Positions 40,030-53,511 of a stretch of 64,000 nucleotides of DNA are shown piece by piece (the first letter of the stretch is position 1; every line of letters begins with the position of its first letter). This stretch comes from Felis catus (lineage: Eukaryota): the NCBI RefSeq assembly GCF_018350175.1, contig NC_058368.1:64110001-64174000 (forward strand). The letters are read 5' to 3'. The notes under the pieces were generated by a model that was not told where the DNA came from, made no database searches, and saw nothing but the letters and a program-made list of their open reading frames with translations. The position numbers and the translations under genes were made by a program.

Positions 40030-40890
40030 GAATCCCTTATCTCTAGTTGTTTTAGATCCTACCCTTTTCTTGGGAATTTTAAACTCTTTTCCAAATTACA
40101 AACAAACAAACAAATACATCTCCCTTCCTACCTCTCTTGCTCACCCATCTAGGTTCAGCTACTGCCATCTCATTGTTCCCCAAAGTTCCTGGAAGTGTCA
40201 TCAACCGTGTCTGTCTTCTCTCCTACTTCCCTTACTCCATAATCCTCTGCAGGCAGCTTTCTGCCCCATCCCACCAAAACCTTTCTTACTGAAGTCACCA
40301 GTGACCTCTCTGCTGCTAAATGGAGTAGATATGTCAGCATTCCATTTCCATGGCCTCACAACAGCTTTTGACCCCTTTGTTGACTTTTGGTACATTTTCT
40401 TCTCTTATCATCTGTGACACCATAGTCTGTGGCTGCTTTCCTTCTTACTTCCCTGGCCACTTCTTATCCATTCTCATTGCAGGCCCACGCACCTTACCCA
40501 GCCCTTCCATGGTGTGCTTCCTCAGGCTTAGCTTTCACAGCTCTCTCTCTCTCTCTTTTAATGTTTAGTTATTTTGGGGGAGGGGACAAAGCGAATGGGG
40601 GAGAGAGTGGGGGAGGGGCAGAAAGAGAGGGGGACGGAGGATCTGAAGTGGGCTCTGCACTGACAGCAGACAGCCCGATGCGAGGCTCAAACTCATGAAC
40701 CTGTGAGACCATGACCCAAGCCAATGTCAGATGCTTAACCGACTGAGCCACCCCAGCACTCCAAACCTCGTTCTCTTTTAACCAGGTGTTCTCTTCCTGA
40801 CGAATCTGGGGTTTCATCACCATCTGCATGTCTTTGATTCCTCAGTACTTAACTCCAACTCTGATTTTGCCTCTGTGTTCCAGAACATCT
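40030..40890 (+). mobile_element. L2 fragment interrupted by a SINE
   Basis: 'gaagtcaccagtgacctctctgctgctaaa...acagcttttgac...ttacttccctggccact'. Confidence 0.6.
40555..40762 (-). mobile_element. CAN-SINE
   Basis: Head revcomp 'gatgcttaaccgactgagccacccc'. Confidence 0.9.
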
Positions 40891-41329
40891 GAGGAGGAAA
40901 GATAGCTGCTGAGTATTATGATTTTCTTAATTGGAGGTTGAAAAAGTTTGTACATGATGCATTCAGTCTCATTTTCAGACAGTATTTAAAGCTTCTACAC
41001 GTTTGGTACTCTGGCTTCTCTCCCCTTCCCCCTACATTTCTCAGTGGCAATATAAATAAAACAAGATTTTGCATAGTACATTTAATAAGGTTATATAGCA
41101 AATAGCTACCTGATGTTTAAAGTGGAGTGGATTCCCTACCTCACTTTGAATGATGAGCTTGATGATGTAGAGCTGAATCCACATTCACTTCAGCAGAAAT
41201 TGCCAATGACACAAACTGAGCAGTGGAGACAGCGGCAACTTTACAAAAAATGAAAAAGGGAAGTGTGCCACAGTCTGCCACTAATTGTGGCAGACTGTGG
41301 CCTTAGTTTCTTCATTTAAAAAAGAGGAT

Positions 41330-42110
41330 TGTTTTGTAATAACTAAAAATTCAAAACAACCCAAGTATCCATTGGCATATAAATGAACAAATAAATTATG
41401 GTATTTTCTTTTTTTTTTTTTAACGTTTATTTATTTTTGAGACAGAGAGAGACAGAGCATGAACAGGGGAGGGCCAGAGAGAGGGAGACACAGAATCTGA
41501 AACAGGCTCCAGGCTCTGAGCTGTCAGCACAGAGCCCGACGCGGGGCTCGAACTCACGGACCGCGAGATCATGACCTGAGCCGAAGTGAGCCGCATAACC
41601 AACTGAGCCACCCAGGTGCCCCAAATTATGGTATTTTCATAAATGGAATATTACATAGCAAAGAAGATGAGGAATTTATACCCTCCTCACCCGAAAACAA
41701 ACAAACAAACAAACAAACAAACCACTTACCATGGATACTTCTAGTACATGTAATGCTGAGCTAATGAAAAAGAAGGCAATGATACATACATTACAACCTC
41801 ATTTATATAAATGTATTGATATTTATATGGCAAAACTAAGTTATATTAAGGATGAATGCATCTCCAGCAAAATAGAAAGCAAATTGGGAAATTTTTATTA
41901 AAATAATGATAAAATTAAGAAAATTGTTTTTATTAGTGTAAGAACAGGGCTTTTATAGGGAATGGAGGAGAAGATAGAGGCTTCCCCAGTACAAACAAAT
42001 ATTCTATTTCTTGGGCTGAGTTATGTTCACTTTATAATCATTACATTAAATTATACACTTTATTTTGTTCACTCTCCTGTTAGCACATTTTGTTTATGAT
42101 AAAATGTTGA
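41330..42110 (+). mobile_element. Ancient L1ME 3' fragment interrupted by a SINE
   Basis: 'aaacaacccaagtatccatt...aaattatggtattttcataaatggaatatt...taatgctgagc...attctatttcttgggctgag'. Confidence 0.6.
41409..41622 (-). mobile_element. Young CAN-SINE (CpGs retained)
   Basis: Perfect 16-bp TSD aaattatggtattttc (41393-41408 / 41623-41638). Confidence 0.96.
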
Positions 42111-42419
42111 GTTTTTTAAAGAAACGTACTCTTTTAAAGAAAAATTCACATAATATTAAACCTTCAGTTCTATTAAATTTAAGATCTATTGAAGGTCTAA
42201 CATTTTATGAATCTATAAGTGCTTTGGTAATTATTAGTTGCTTTGGTCAGTTTTATATATCAGATCATACAATACAAGCAAAAGCCTGTGTATACTATCT
42301 CTGTAGACATGCATATGTAATAGTTTTCATATTCTGCTATGGTAAATTTTCCCTCTTATACCTGTGGTTAAAAAAAAAAAGAACCCCATTCAGCTGAATT
42401 CAGTCAAGAAATATAGTTT

Positions 42420-42790
42420 ATCTGACACACAAAATAGTGGCTTATAAGGTATTTAAATACTTTTTAATTTGTGACCAACATTCAAAGAATTGGGAAATCT
42501 CATGTAAAAAGATCCAGGTGGCTGTTGTGTTAAAACATTTTAGAGATGAGTCCAAACTAAAATCTTCTTCCCAGATGACAAGAAACTGCTCCCCTTTCAG
42601 CTGGGGGGACTTTCACCTCTCCAAATCTCTTGTCACTTGTCACTACGAGTGTCGGTTTCCATTCAACATTGTGGTAGAGTGTTGGTATAAATACCATTTT
42701 CTTTTTTGTTGTTTTTGTTTTGTTTTCATACACAGGTATTTGATCATTTGTTAACTTACTTTGTCTCCCTAGACATTTTAGTTGGGATCA
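42420..42790. mobile_element. Possible MER102-like hAT-Charlie fossil
   Basis: 'ttcaaagaattgggaaatctcatgtaaaaagatccag...ctgctcccctttcagctgggg' resembles the recalled consensus. Confidence 0.4.
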
Positions 42791-43979
42791 CTACCCCAAC
42801 TTACGCTTGTGCCAATTCTGCCTGCTTTCATTAAATCATGGTTCTTACTGCTCTGCCTTTGGAGGAAAACCACCTATTTGTACGTTTTGGATAAATCATC
42901 TCATTTGTACATTTTGGATAAATGAGATTAGTGATTCTTCAACTGAAAAATAATCCATTTATTTAGAAACCTGTCTTTTCAATGTGCTGTAGAAAATAGG
43001 AGAATTAAGAAATTTAAGCCTTCTTCAAAATTTTTTCTTAAAATATATCCTTACCATGGCAGATGTTTCTTTTTGAAAAACCATTAAAAAACAATGTTCT
43101 CCAAAGCTACCTGATTTAGTGAGAAGCTTTTGTGTTCCCTGCAGAGAGCTGAGCTCAAGTCTTCTATTCAGTTCTTAATCTTACAGCATTTATTCTCTTT
43201 CAAGACTTTCCAATTTGCCAATTCATTGGATTTTGTTTATCACCTTTTGTACAAAAGCCCATTTGTTCATTGACAGTTTTATTCTAAGTTAAATCCAAAG
43301 TAGGGCTGATTAATGAATATTCAAACTGGCCCCAAGGGCTCTTGTTAGCTTGATAGTTCTATCGCATCAACCATATGTAAAATCTATCTTCCAGTTAAAT
43401 GTGACTGCTTTTGCTATGTCAGAGATTATTTATTACTCTCTCCTCTATTAGTCTTGATTAACAGGAAGTTTTTGATTAAGCAAGGCCTTCTCATCTCTGA
43501 CTGCTTTTACATCAAACATTCTTTTTCTTTGGATTTGACATATTAATGGTCTTACAGAAGTGCTATTTATTTGTTTCATGTTCCTTGTAAATTTGGTGCA
43601 AAATAAATGAAACTTACTAAGCTGGACCAAGATCTTTTGTTATAGTATAGTATGACAAAAGAAAAATTCTGCATTTACAAAAGGTACTTTGATGTCTCCT
43701 TGTTGGCCAAACTAAATAGCATGCTCTTGTTCAAATTATAGCAAATATAAAATCGGCTATTCTTAAAGGACTTTCATGGTACCTCTTCTGTGTCCACTGT
43801 AAAGGTCATTCATAATAAAAACAGTAGCTGATTTCATGCTATATGAATCAAGATGCAAGAAGAAAACTAAAATAAGCCTCAGTCTTAGGGTACAACAGAT
43901 TTTACTTTCAACTTTATTTGTTCTCCACGCTTATTATTTACCAACCTTTCCCCTGAGCTTCTGCCTACTCCTCTCTCAA

Positions 43980-45300
43980 CGTAGATGTCCAAGTGGAAAG
44001 TCAAATTTAACGTGTCTCAGACCCAGCTCTTAATTGCCTCCTAAACTTGCTTCTACACAGTCTTAAACATCTCCATTTATGGCACGAGTATTTATACAGT
44101 TGCTCAGACCGAAGCTTTGTTACACAAAGATCTGTTGGACTCCTTTCTTTTGATTAGTTCATTAAAAAGTACTTCCAGTATATTTTACAACATTAACAAT
44201 TCTCCCCAACTTTTCTGTTGTGCACTGAATGTTTGCATTTCTCCCACCTTCAAATTCAGATGATGAAGCCCTAACCCTTAATATGATGCTATTGACAGAG
44301 GAGGCTGTTAGGAGATCATTAGGGTTACATTAAGTTATAAGGGCAGGGATCTCATGATGGCCTTAAGAAGAAGAGATCTCTTTCTTTCTCTGCCAAGTGA
44401 GGACACAGTGAAAAGTCATCCTTCTAGATGCAAGCCAGGAAGAGAGCTCACTGGAACCTGACCAACCAGCACCCTGATCTCAGACTTCTACAGTAGAACT
44501 GCAAGGAAATAGATGTCTGTTGTTTAAACAAGTCGTATCTATGCTGTATTATGGCAACCCAAGCAGAGAGATTTCTTCTCATAATCCTTTAATCTATTTC
44601 TCTGTCATCTCTCATGTAGAACCCTACAGCAGCCTACTAAATTACTTTCCTGCTTCCCTTTTTTACCTTTTTGCAGTCATAATGGTATTTTCTAATATGT
44701 AACTCAATTCATGCTATTTCTCAGCTCTGTTGTCCCAGTGACTTCCCATTATGCTCAGCAGATAACCAAACTCGCTTTTCTATAAGGACTTTTATGTTCT
44801 GGCTGTTCCTTCTCTGACCTCATCTTCTACCTCTGTCATGGTGTGTGTGTGGGCACACACACTTGTACAGACATATGCATGAACACGCATCTTGCTCACT
44901 TACAATATCCCTGGATTTCTTGCTGGCCCTCCAATTTACCAAGTTTATTTCTACCGGGGGCCTTTGCACTTGCTGCTTCCTCTACTGTTAAAACCATTTC
45001 CCTGGAATATTCATGAAACAGAATTTCTCCCTTTATTCCAGTACCTATTTAAAAGTTGCCTCTCTAAGAAGTCTTCCCTGACTACTTTATTAGAAATGAC
45101 CCCATGTAAGCCCCACCCTTATTTTTTCCATACATGAATGCTGATTTAATTTCTTCAAAGCTTGTATTATTTCCTGGCATTATGGTATATGTATTTGCTT
45201 ACCGTAAACTTGTTAAAGTATGCGATTTAGATTCTTTACTGAATTGCTAGGGCCTAGAGCAGTGCTCTACTGACACAGAAAGCGTCCATAATGAATTTAT
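43980..45300 (+). mobile_element. L2 fragment interrupted by an MLT1 LTR
   Basis: 'cagttgctcagacc', 'ggggcctttgcacttgctgcttcctct', 'aagtcttccctgact', 'agggcctagagcagtgc'. Confidence 0.7.
44216..44570 (+). mobile_element. MLT1 (MaLR) solo LTR
   Basis: 'tgttgtgcactgaatg...gaagccctaaccc...accctgatctcagacttc...gttgtttaa...tatggcaacccaagc'. Confidence 0.8.
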
Positions 45301-45594
45301 TTATTTATTTATTTTTTCATAATAAATTTATTTTTAATAAAAGATTACATGGATCTTGGCAATCTATAAACCAATTATTAAAGTGCTCATAGTATGAACC
45401 AAGACCTTAAATGAAAATTAGATGGAAAATATAAACCTTCTTGCAATAGTGGTTTTAAAAACCCTCATTTGCTAATATACAGGATATTAAAACTCAGGTC
45501 TTTTATCCCAGATATGTGCAATCTGACATTTTGTTTTTCAAGAGAGAAATTGATTTAAAATCCAACTTATTCTGTTTATTGTATATTGTAGGTA

Positions 45595-45885
45595 TGATAG
45601 CTGACATGTAATAAATACTTACCATTTTCTGGCACTGTTAATAATTTACATGTATTTATATGTTAAATTGGGCTATTGTGAATATTTACCTGTATAATCT
45701 CATTTAATTCTCCTAAAGGTGCTAGGAGATTGGTATTATGTTTGTCACCATTTTTGAGGGGGAAGAAACTGAGGCATGTTGTATTAAATAATTTGACCCG
45801 GGACACACACACTCAGTGATAAAATAAAGAACTAATTCAATATATGCAATCTGACTCCAGTGTCCATAAGGTTAAACATTATGCC
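45595..45885 (-). mobile_element. MIR SINE
   Basis: 'ctcatttaattctc...gaaactgaggca...tctgactccagtgtcc'. Confidence 0.6.
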
Positions 45886-46624
45886 TACCTAGTAATCAAC
45901 TAGAATAATTTACCAAAAGCAGTGTGAGACCCATAATCTTATTATCTTTCACTGGCTATTTGTTACTAGAATTTTTAGTAGCCTTATAACCACCATCTTT
46001 CTGTTATCAAACAGAATCAGATGAGTATATTTCTACAACCTAAATTCACTTATTTCAATTACTATTTTGATGAAATAACAGTCAAAGCAATATAATCACA
46101 GATCTTTAGACCAATTAATAATATAATGGATTGTTAGATTGTTAGACAATATAATTAAAAAGGGAAGGTGCATACAGAGAGAACTTTTGACACTCAGCCA
46201 GCGAGCATTGCTTAAAACACCCACCATGTTTTAGTCTCTGGAGATACCATACTTTCTTCTGTGGATGAATTCCCATTTAGTAAAGACACAAGCTACATTG
46301 ATAGGTGACCTCAATAAATTCAGTCTAACTAGAATCCCAGTGAAGACCCAAAACATGGAGTACCCTCTAAATTATGCTAAAAACATTAAAGTACAAAAAG
46401 GAAGTATTAGAATTATTGTTGACATTTACTTTGACAATATCATTTTACATCTGGGAGGGAAATATTAGAAATGCCATTTATTTTAATTTCTAATATGATT
46501 TAAACATTTCTATTTTTGACATCTGTTGTATGATTACATGTGACACACTATATTAGAGGGTACTTATGTAAACATTTTTAATGATATCGATGCACATTAA
46601 AAAAATTTTAAGTACTGTATTCGC

Positions 46625-47230
46625 TCTGGAGAAACATACCGTTTTAAGCAATAGAGCTCCAGAGGAATATTGAAGTTTTAGATAGATTACTCCAGAGTGA
46701 ATGTGATGTCAAGGGCACTGCTGGAAGCTATTGTATCATTGTAGCAGAGAGATAATGAACACCTTAACTAGGAAACTGGTAGGGAAAGGATTTGACAATT
46801 ATATTATATGTAGATTGGCAAGATTTGGGGTCTTGTTAAATAGAATACAGTGATGAGGATGGAAGATTCAAGAATGTATCTGGAATGAAATTCCAGATTT
46901 CAAATTTACAAAATTGGGGAGAAATCAGAAATATGAAGCAAATAGGGAGTACGAAGAAGAAAAACTCTAGGAAGGAAGGGTTATAAGTTCATTTTAGGCA
47001 CAATGATTTTGAGCGTCCTTTGGACTCTTCAGTTTTAGGATGTGTGAAATTTAGGGACAAAGTCTATTTTGCAAATGTGTATTTGGTAGTCATTAGCACA
47101 GAGAGAGAGTAGATGGAATCGCCTAGGTGGAACAGTGGTTCAAGCTACGTTTCTTAGAAGCATCTGTATTAAGGACAAAGGAAGAAGGAAATAGCCTTGG
47201 AGAAAGTGAAAGAACAAGGAGTCAAATAGC
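46625..47230 (-). mobile_element. L2 fragment
   Basis: 'ttgaagtttt...agagagataatga...ttataagttcattttaggc...tttggtagtcattagca'. Confidence 0.55.
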
Positions 47231-48384
47231 GTGAGTAGAATAATTGTGCTTGTAAGTTCTTTCCATGGAGCAGAGAGTTCTACTTAACATCCTTTGAGTA
47301 CTCTGCCCCCGGTGTCAGGCTATTCCTATAATGGAAATGCAGTCATCGGGCTCTCTTTTTCTGGCACCATTAAACATTCAACATACAAACCCATGTTGCC
47401 CACTACTATATAGAAAGGAAAGGTCAGGTTTCCTCCAGTGCTAGGGGTTTATGGCTCATAAGGAAATAGATAAGATTAGGAAACCATGTCAGCATCCTTC
47501 AGAGAAGATTGAAAGATAGCTCATAGGCATATGGCAGTGTTTAAATATTGCTCATGCAACTCCTAAAATAATTTTGAAAATGTATGTATCCTCTCCTCTC
47601 ATTTGAAATTGACACTTTAAAATTTATTACAGTCTAAATATTTGCAAAGAATATACTATCTGGATATTTTCATTGCATACGTGATCTACATCTAAACATT
47701 AGAGCGGTAGTGTAGCTCTTTCAGTCTGCAAACAATATCAGGGCATGCAGCACTCATTGTCAAACTCAACAGCAAATTAGATGACCTTATATCAGAAAAG
47801 GTCAAATTTCTTTTGTTGTTGTTGTTCAAATGAATAAGTTAATAAATCTCCTTGTATTAACCAGTAGGCGTTCTGAATTCTAATTCTAAGGTAGATTATT
47901 CAAAGCACCTCTAGATAAAGTATGAATGTTTCCCTGATGTTTTGCTCCCGTGGGTCTCACTCTTAGTAGCTTTATACTGCAGGGCAATGAATTGTGGAAG
48001 ATGGTGACAGGTTTGCCTTTCTTTTGTAAAGATGGCAAAATGATATTTTAAAGGGGGAGTTGGAAAAATTTCTGAAAACGCAGACACATTCTTAGCCAAG
48101 TTAATCTTTGGGAAGCATGCATTCAGAGAAATTGAGGATCTAGGAACCAGTTGCCCTAAATTTATCCATGCCTGTATAGCACCTGTTCAGTCTTGTTTCT
48201 CTGCATGGTACCCCACTCCAGGGGACTCAGCTATAGTCATCCAAGAGAAACAGCAGTGGCCAGTATCCTGCTTTGTTCCCCCATCTCCACATTCTTTCTG
48301 TCCGCTACTTCTTCCTCTGCTACTGCAAAACCGATCTTCTTCCTCTGGATCATCTTCATTCTAATGGGGTTGAGTTATGAGGTA

Positions 48385-49752
48385 GGCTATTGCCGAATTT
48401 GGTCTGCCTCCCGCCCCACAAATTCATCCCATTGAAGCCCTAACCTCCAATGTAGCTCTTTGGAGATAGAACCTGTGAGGAAGTAGCAACAGCTAAATGG
48501 GGTTATAACAGGTCCCACTCTGACAGAGCTAGTGCTTTAAGGGAGAAGAAGAGACACCAGAACTCTCTATCTATCCCTCTGTCATGTGAAGACAGGGCAA
48601 ACAAGCAGACAGAGAAAGCTCTCACCAGGATCCAATCATGTTAATTGCCTCAATCTCAGACTTTTAATCTCGAGAACTGTGAGGAAATAATTTTCTGTTG
48701 TTCAAGCCTACTCTCTAGTATTGTGTCATGGCAGCCTGAGAAGCATAATCCAGATTTTGGTACTAAGAATTGGGTTGCTGCTGTAACAAATACCTAAAAA
48801 TGTGGAAGCAGCTTTGCGACTGGATAATGGGTAGAGGTTGGGGGAGTTTTGAGGTGTACGTTAGAAATAGTGAAATTAAGGCTGATTCTGGCAAGGAAGC
48901 AGACAGAAAAGAGGAGAGCTAGAGAGAAAGCCTCCATATTCTTGGAGAATATGTAAATAACCACAAATAGAATGTTGGTAGAAATATGAAAGTAAAATTT
49001 CATTATGGTGAGGTTGTAGATGGCAATGAGGAACATGTTATTAGAAATGAGATGAAAGGTAATCTTATAAAATGGCAAAGAAATTGCCTATACTGTATTC
49101 TAGTGTTTTGTGAGAATAGAAATTGGGAGTGATGAAATTGTATATTTAGCTCAGAAGACTTTTAAGCCAAGTGTTGAAGGAATGGCTTGGTTTCTCCTGA
49201 CGGCTTATGGCAAAATGTAAGACGGGAGAGAAGAATTGAAGAAGGAATCCTTAGGAGGAACCAGAACTTGAAGACTTGGAAAATTGTCAACCTATCGATG
49301 TTGCAAAAAGTAAGGAAGCTTCTTCTGGAGAGAACATCAATGTTGCTGTTGGAGAATCGCTTCATTATGAGGGTTACGCATGATGTCAAGCAGACACCTA
49401 AACAGAATTGGGAAATTGAGATGGGATTATACCAGCAAAGACACTGCCAGCTTGAACTGTGAAGTGGACAGAGAAAGTGGGATGAAATGAGGGAAGGCTG
49501 GTGGACTTCTTGGATTCTACAAGTGTGGACTATAAAACTATTAGGTTGCAAATGTGAGTTATTCTTGTCAAAAAGAGAATAACCTCAAAGGCAATTTAGA
49601 GATCACCAGGGTCTCAGTGTCGCAGCTCCGTCTGCTGGAGCCTTGAGGATGGGCGCCCACCCAGCAGAGTCTTGAGGGTGGAAAATCAACTTTGGGTTTT
49701 AAGAGGCCCAGTCTACAGGATTGTGTTATGGCAGCCTGAGAAGATGAATTCA
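48385..49752 (+). mobile_element. MLT1-type MaLR: 5' LTR, internal region and truncated 3' LTR end
   Basis: LTR at 48385-48752. The internal region begins gattttggtactaagaa...ctgtaacaaatacctaaaaatgtggaag. The LTR terminus ttgtgt(c/t)atggcagcctgagaag recurs at 49721-49743. Confidence 0.8.
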
Positions 49753-49759
49753 GCCATGT

Positions 49760-50205
49760 AATGTGCAGGCCAGGGTCAGGGACATTATCTGAAATGCCTC
49801 ATTAAGACTATTATACCCATCTCCCCTTTCTTAGGAATTCCTTTTTTACTATCAGGCATGCTATTTAGTACCTTTGTCACAGCTAAGTAGGCCAGACAGT
49901 CCCCCTCCCCTGCAGGGATTGTCTTGGCTAAAGATAGCCATCCTGCTGAAGACTCCTTCCTAGGGTAGCCCCCATGTGGTGACGGATTTATTTGGTGGTA
50001 CGGGGTTCAGGGCAATTCTGAATGGTCATCTGAGCTTCAGAACTGATCATTAGTTGATACCTGTATTGAGATTACATTGCAGCTTGACCTCCCCTTCTAC
50101 TTCCTCATCTGCCCTGCCATTTGATAATACTGGAGCACTGTCGTCAGAAACATGCCTTATGATGATCTCCACCTCAGAGTTTGCTTCCTGGATATCACAA
50201 AATTC
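49760..50205 (+). mobile_element. Possible LTR16-like ERVL LTR
   Basis: Ends in 'tctccacctcagagtttgcttcctgg', which resembles LTR16-group termini. Confidence 0.35.
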
Positions 50206-51692
50206 AATGCACCGGCATCCAAATACTTTGTCCAAAAAAAGAATAATACTTTTTTAATGTGTATGCACGGTAGGAGGCACCCAACCTGAGAAAAGACATA
50301 CTACATTTTATTATAATTTTTTTTCAATTTGTGTATGTCTTTCTATATTTCATGATGAGATTCTAGAGCACAAGAAGCATCCATAACTCACATATCTGTC
50401 TACAGCATTTAGGACTTTGTCAAGCCATAATAGTTCCTGGAAAATGTTTTTTGAATAAACTCTGCAGGCATTTCATCATTTATCCAAACACAAGATTAAC
50501 TCTAAGATAAAAATTAATAAAAAATTTTGCATAGTCGACCAAGGGCTTTAAGATGTATAACCTTTGCTTGAATTCTCTGAGTGCTATTTTATTTTTAATC
50601 TTTAATAAAAAGTTTTTGTAAAAGTACAAACAGAATTACACTGCAGATATGTTTGTGAAGTTGAGAGGGTATGTCAGCCCTAATATTCCCTACTTGAGGC
50701 AAGTGGTGTTTTGAATATATACATACTTAAACAGTATTAATAGCTGCATAATGTGACATATGTATCTGTGGTACACATGTAGCATAATTGCATAAATCAA
50801 AGTTATATAAATTAAGATACAAAACAAATAAGAAATAATACTTACTTTAATCTTTTCCTGAGAATGAAAAATTTGCAAAAGCATTTCCTAATTGGTCCAA
50901 TTTGGAAATCTGAAATTCTTGAAGATTTGCTTTCTGCTTATGTAGGAAAGCAGACAGCATATCAAGTCGGGACTTGCAGCCTTGTTTTGCTAAGTGTAAG
51001 CAAGTGAACCATGAAATGTGATTAAATGCTATGTAAACACTTTTTCTACCTGAAAATTCTATTCTGTTATCTCAAATGAACCACTTCTAATCTCATGCCT
51101 GTGTGTTGAAATAAGACAGACAATCAAACTAAAGTGTAGATGATAATAAAGATACTGACTAGTGTCTCTATTTGTGGTGGAACATTATTAATATTTTCCA
51201 AATAGAAGCTGAATTGAAGTTATCCTCATTTACACCCAGATTCACAGTCCTACATAAGATTTATTCTTTTTTTCATTTATTCAACAAATATTTATTGAGC
51301 ACCTATGTTAAATCAGGCACTTTTTAGGTGTTTAGTGGTATATCTATGAACAAAACAAGTATCTCTGCTTTCATGGAGATTGTGTTCTTTGGTGATACGG
51401 TGAGCACAGTAAATATATAAAATATATTGTGGGTGACAAGGACTATGGATTTGAAAGGCATGGAACAAGGAAAGAAGATACTGAGATTGTCAGGAGTAGA
51501 AATTGTGGCTAGTTGCAATATTAAATAGGGTGATCGGGGTAGTCTTCATTAAGAAGCTGAGATATGAGCAGTGTTTAAAGAAATGAAGAAGTTAGCCATG
51601 CTGGTGTGTGGGAAAAAGAACCGGGAGCAGAAGCAACATCTAGAGCAAAGTTGGAAAGTCTGGGATGTGTTTTGAAGGTTTAACAAAGTGCT

Positions 51693-51820
51693 AGGGCACC
51701 TGACTGGTTCAGTTGGAAAAGCATCCAACTCTTGAACTTGGGGTTGTGAGTTCAAGCCCCACATGGGGTGTAGGAGATTACTTAAATAAGTAAATCTTTT
51801 TTAAAAAAATGAATAAAAAA
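51693..51820 (+). mobile_element. Short old-type CAN-SINE
   Basis: agggcacctgactggttcagttgg...gttcaagccccacatggggtgtag...ttacttaaa. Confidence 0.85.
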
Positions 51821-52987
51821 TAAAGTGTAAGGATGCAGTGTGGCTGAAGCAGGGTGACTAAGGAAAGAAGTTAAAAATCAAATGTGGGATGGTTGGTGAT
51901 GAAACAGATCCTCTGTGGCTTTATGGGCCTTTGAAGAACTTTGAATTTTCCTCTGAATGAAATCGGGAGCCACTGGAAGACTTTGAGCAGATTTGAGGAG
52001 AGCAACAGGGTCCTCCTTGACTCTTCTAACAATCACCCTGGCTGCTGTGATATGAAGAGCCTACAAGTGTGAGTGGCAAGGGTAGAAGATTAAGGGATTA
52101 AGAGATAATTGGTGCTCAGAGATAATTGCTGGCAGGTGGCACTAGGTATTAGCAGGGGGAATGCATAGGAGTGATTGGCTTCGGGATATGCTGGAAAGAT
52201 AGTGGCACAAGAGATTTCTGTTGGATTGGATATAGAATATGAGAGAAAATGAAGAATGTTGGCTCAGTCCAGATTTTGGGGTTTGAACAACAGGAAAGAT
52301 GGAGTTGGTGCCAAGTTGGGATGCAGTGGTGGAACAGGTTGTGGGTTGGCAGACTGGTTCATGATAAAACCTAAAGTGTTTAAGGTACATCTAAAGAGAA
52401 ATGCCAAGTAGGCACTTGGTATATAAGACTGGGGCTCATGAATGTTGATGTAGGCTGGATATATATGTGTGATATGTTTTTGGGCATATATGTATTATTC
52501 AAAATCTTGAAAAAGAATAGGTTACTAGGGGAGGGAGTGTAAGTAGAGCAGTGAAGAGAACACGGACGGCACAGCTAGGGGCTTTAACATTCAAAGGAAG
52601 GTGAAAAGTCGAGAAGCAAGTGCATTAAGCTGAGAAGGAAAAACTAATGAGGTGGGAGGAAAACCAAGGGAGTGTGTTTTCCTTGAAGTCAAACAAAGAC
52701 TGGGTATCCGAGGAAAACATGATTAGTTATGTAAAATCTTGCTAGCAAATCACTTAAGAAGATGTCTGAAATTGACTATTTAATTTAGCAACAAGGAAAT
52801 AATTGGTAACTTGCTCAAAGCAGGTTAGTAGGTGTGGTGGGAGTGAAGCCACAGGGAAGTGGGTTTAGGGCAGACACACAAGCATTGGAAACCTTAAGTC
52901 TGGTCAAATTTTCAGACTATTTTGCCAATAGGGAGCAAGAAATTGGATGGAAGCTGATAGAAGAAGTGGATCAAGACAATTTTTTGT

Positions 52988-53204
52988 GGGGTGCCTGGCT
53001 GGCTCAGTCGGTTGAGTGTGTGACTCTTGAGCTCTGCTCAGGTCATGAGCTCAGGTCATGATCTCACAGTTCATGGGATCGAGCCCCACATCAGGCTGTC
53101 AGTGTGGAGCCTGCTTGGGGTCTCTCTCCCTCTTTCTCTGTCTCTCCCCTGCTCATGCATGCATGCTCTCCTACTCTCTCTTTCTCTCTCTCAAAATAAA
53201 TAAA
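52988..53204 (+). mobile_element. CAN-SINE with an internal 13-bp duplication
   Basis: gctcaggtcatga occurs twice in tandem; TSD aagacaa(t/g)tttttgt. Confidence 0.93.
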
Positions 53205-53511
53205 CTTTGGGAAAAAGACAAGTTTTTGTTGTTTTTGTTTTAAGTCTTTTGTTTTGCTCTGCTTTTGTGTATGTGTTTCAGAGAGGGAAAGTGATAGCAT
53301 GTTTCTGTGGCAGTGGGAATTATCAGTAGAGAGTTATCAGTAGAGAATAATGGCAGAGAGTGTAGGGGGGAGCATCTGTGCTCCTTTGGTAGAGTGAGTT
53401 CAGAAATCCTTCTCCTCAGTAAAAGAGCAACATGACTGTTGAAAATTATAAAATTTTAATAAAAGGACCAATGATCATTTAAAGTCTCTGTACATTGTTC
53501 TGGAAGGTAGC

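Larger units (their letters stand above)
51270..53385 (-). mobile_element. Long L2 fragment (3' end), interrupted by two SINEs
   Basis: Starts with the L2 tail ttcatttattcaacaaatatttattgagcacctatg; further motifs 'gagccactggaagactttgagcag', 'gaaagatggagttg', 'tttagcaacaagg'. Confidence 0.85.

Noticed and set aside
49162..49551. 129-aa and 91-aa ORFs
   Set aside because: They fall within the degraded MLT1 internal region, with no intact gag-like frame evident.
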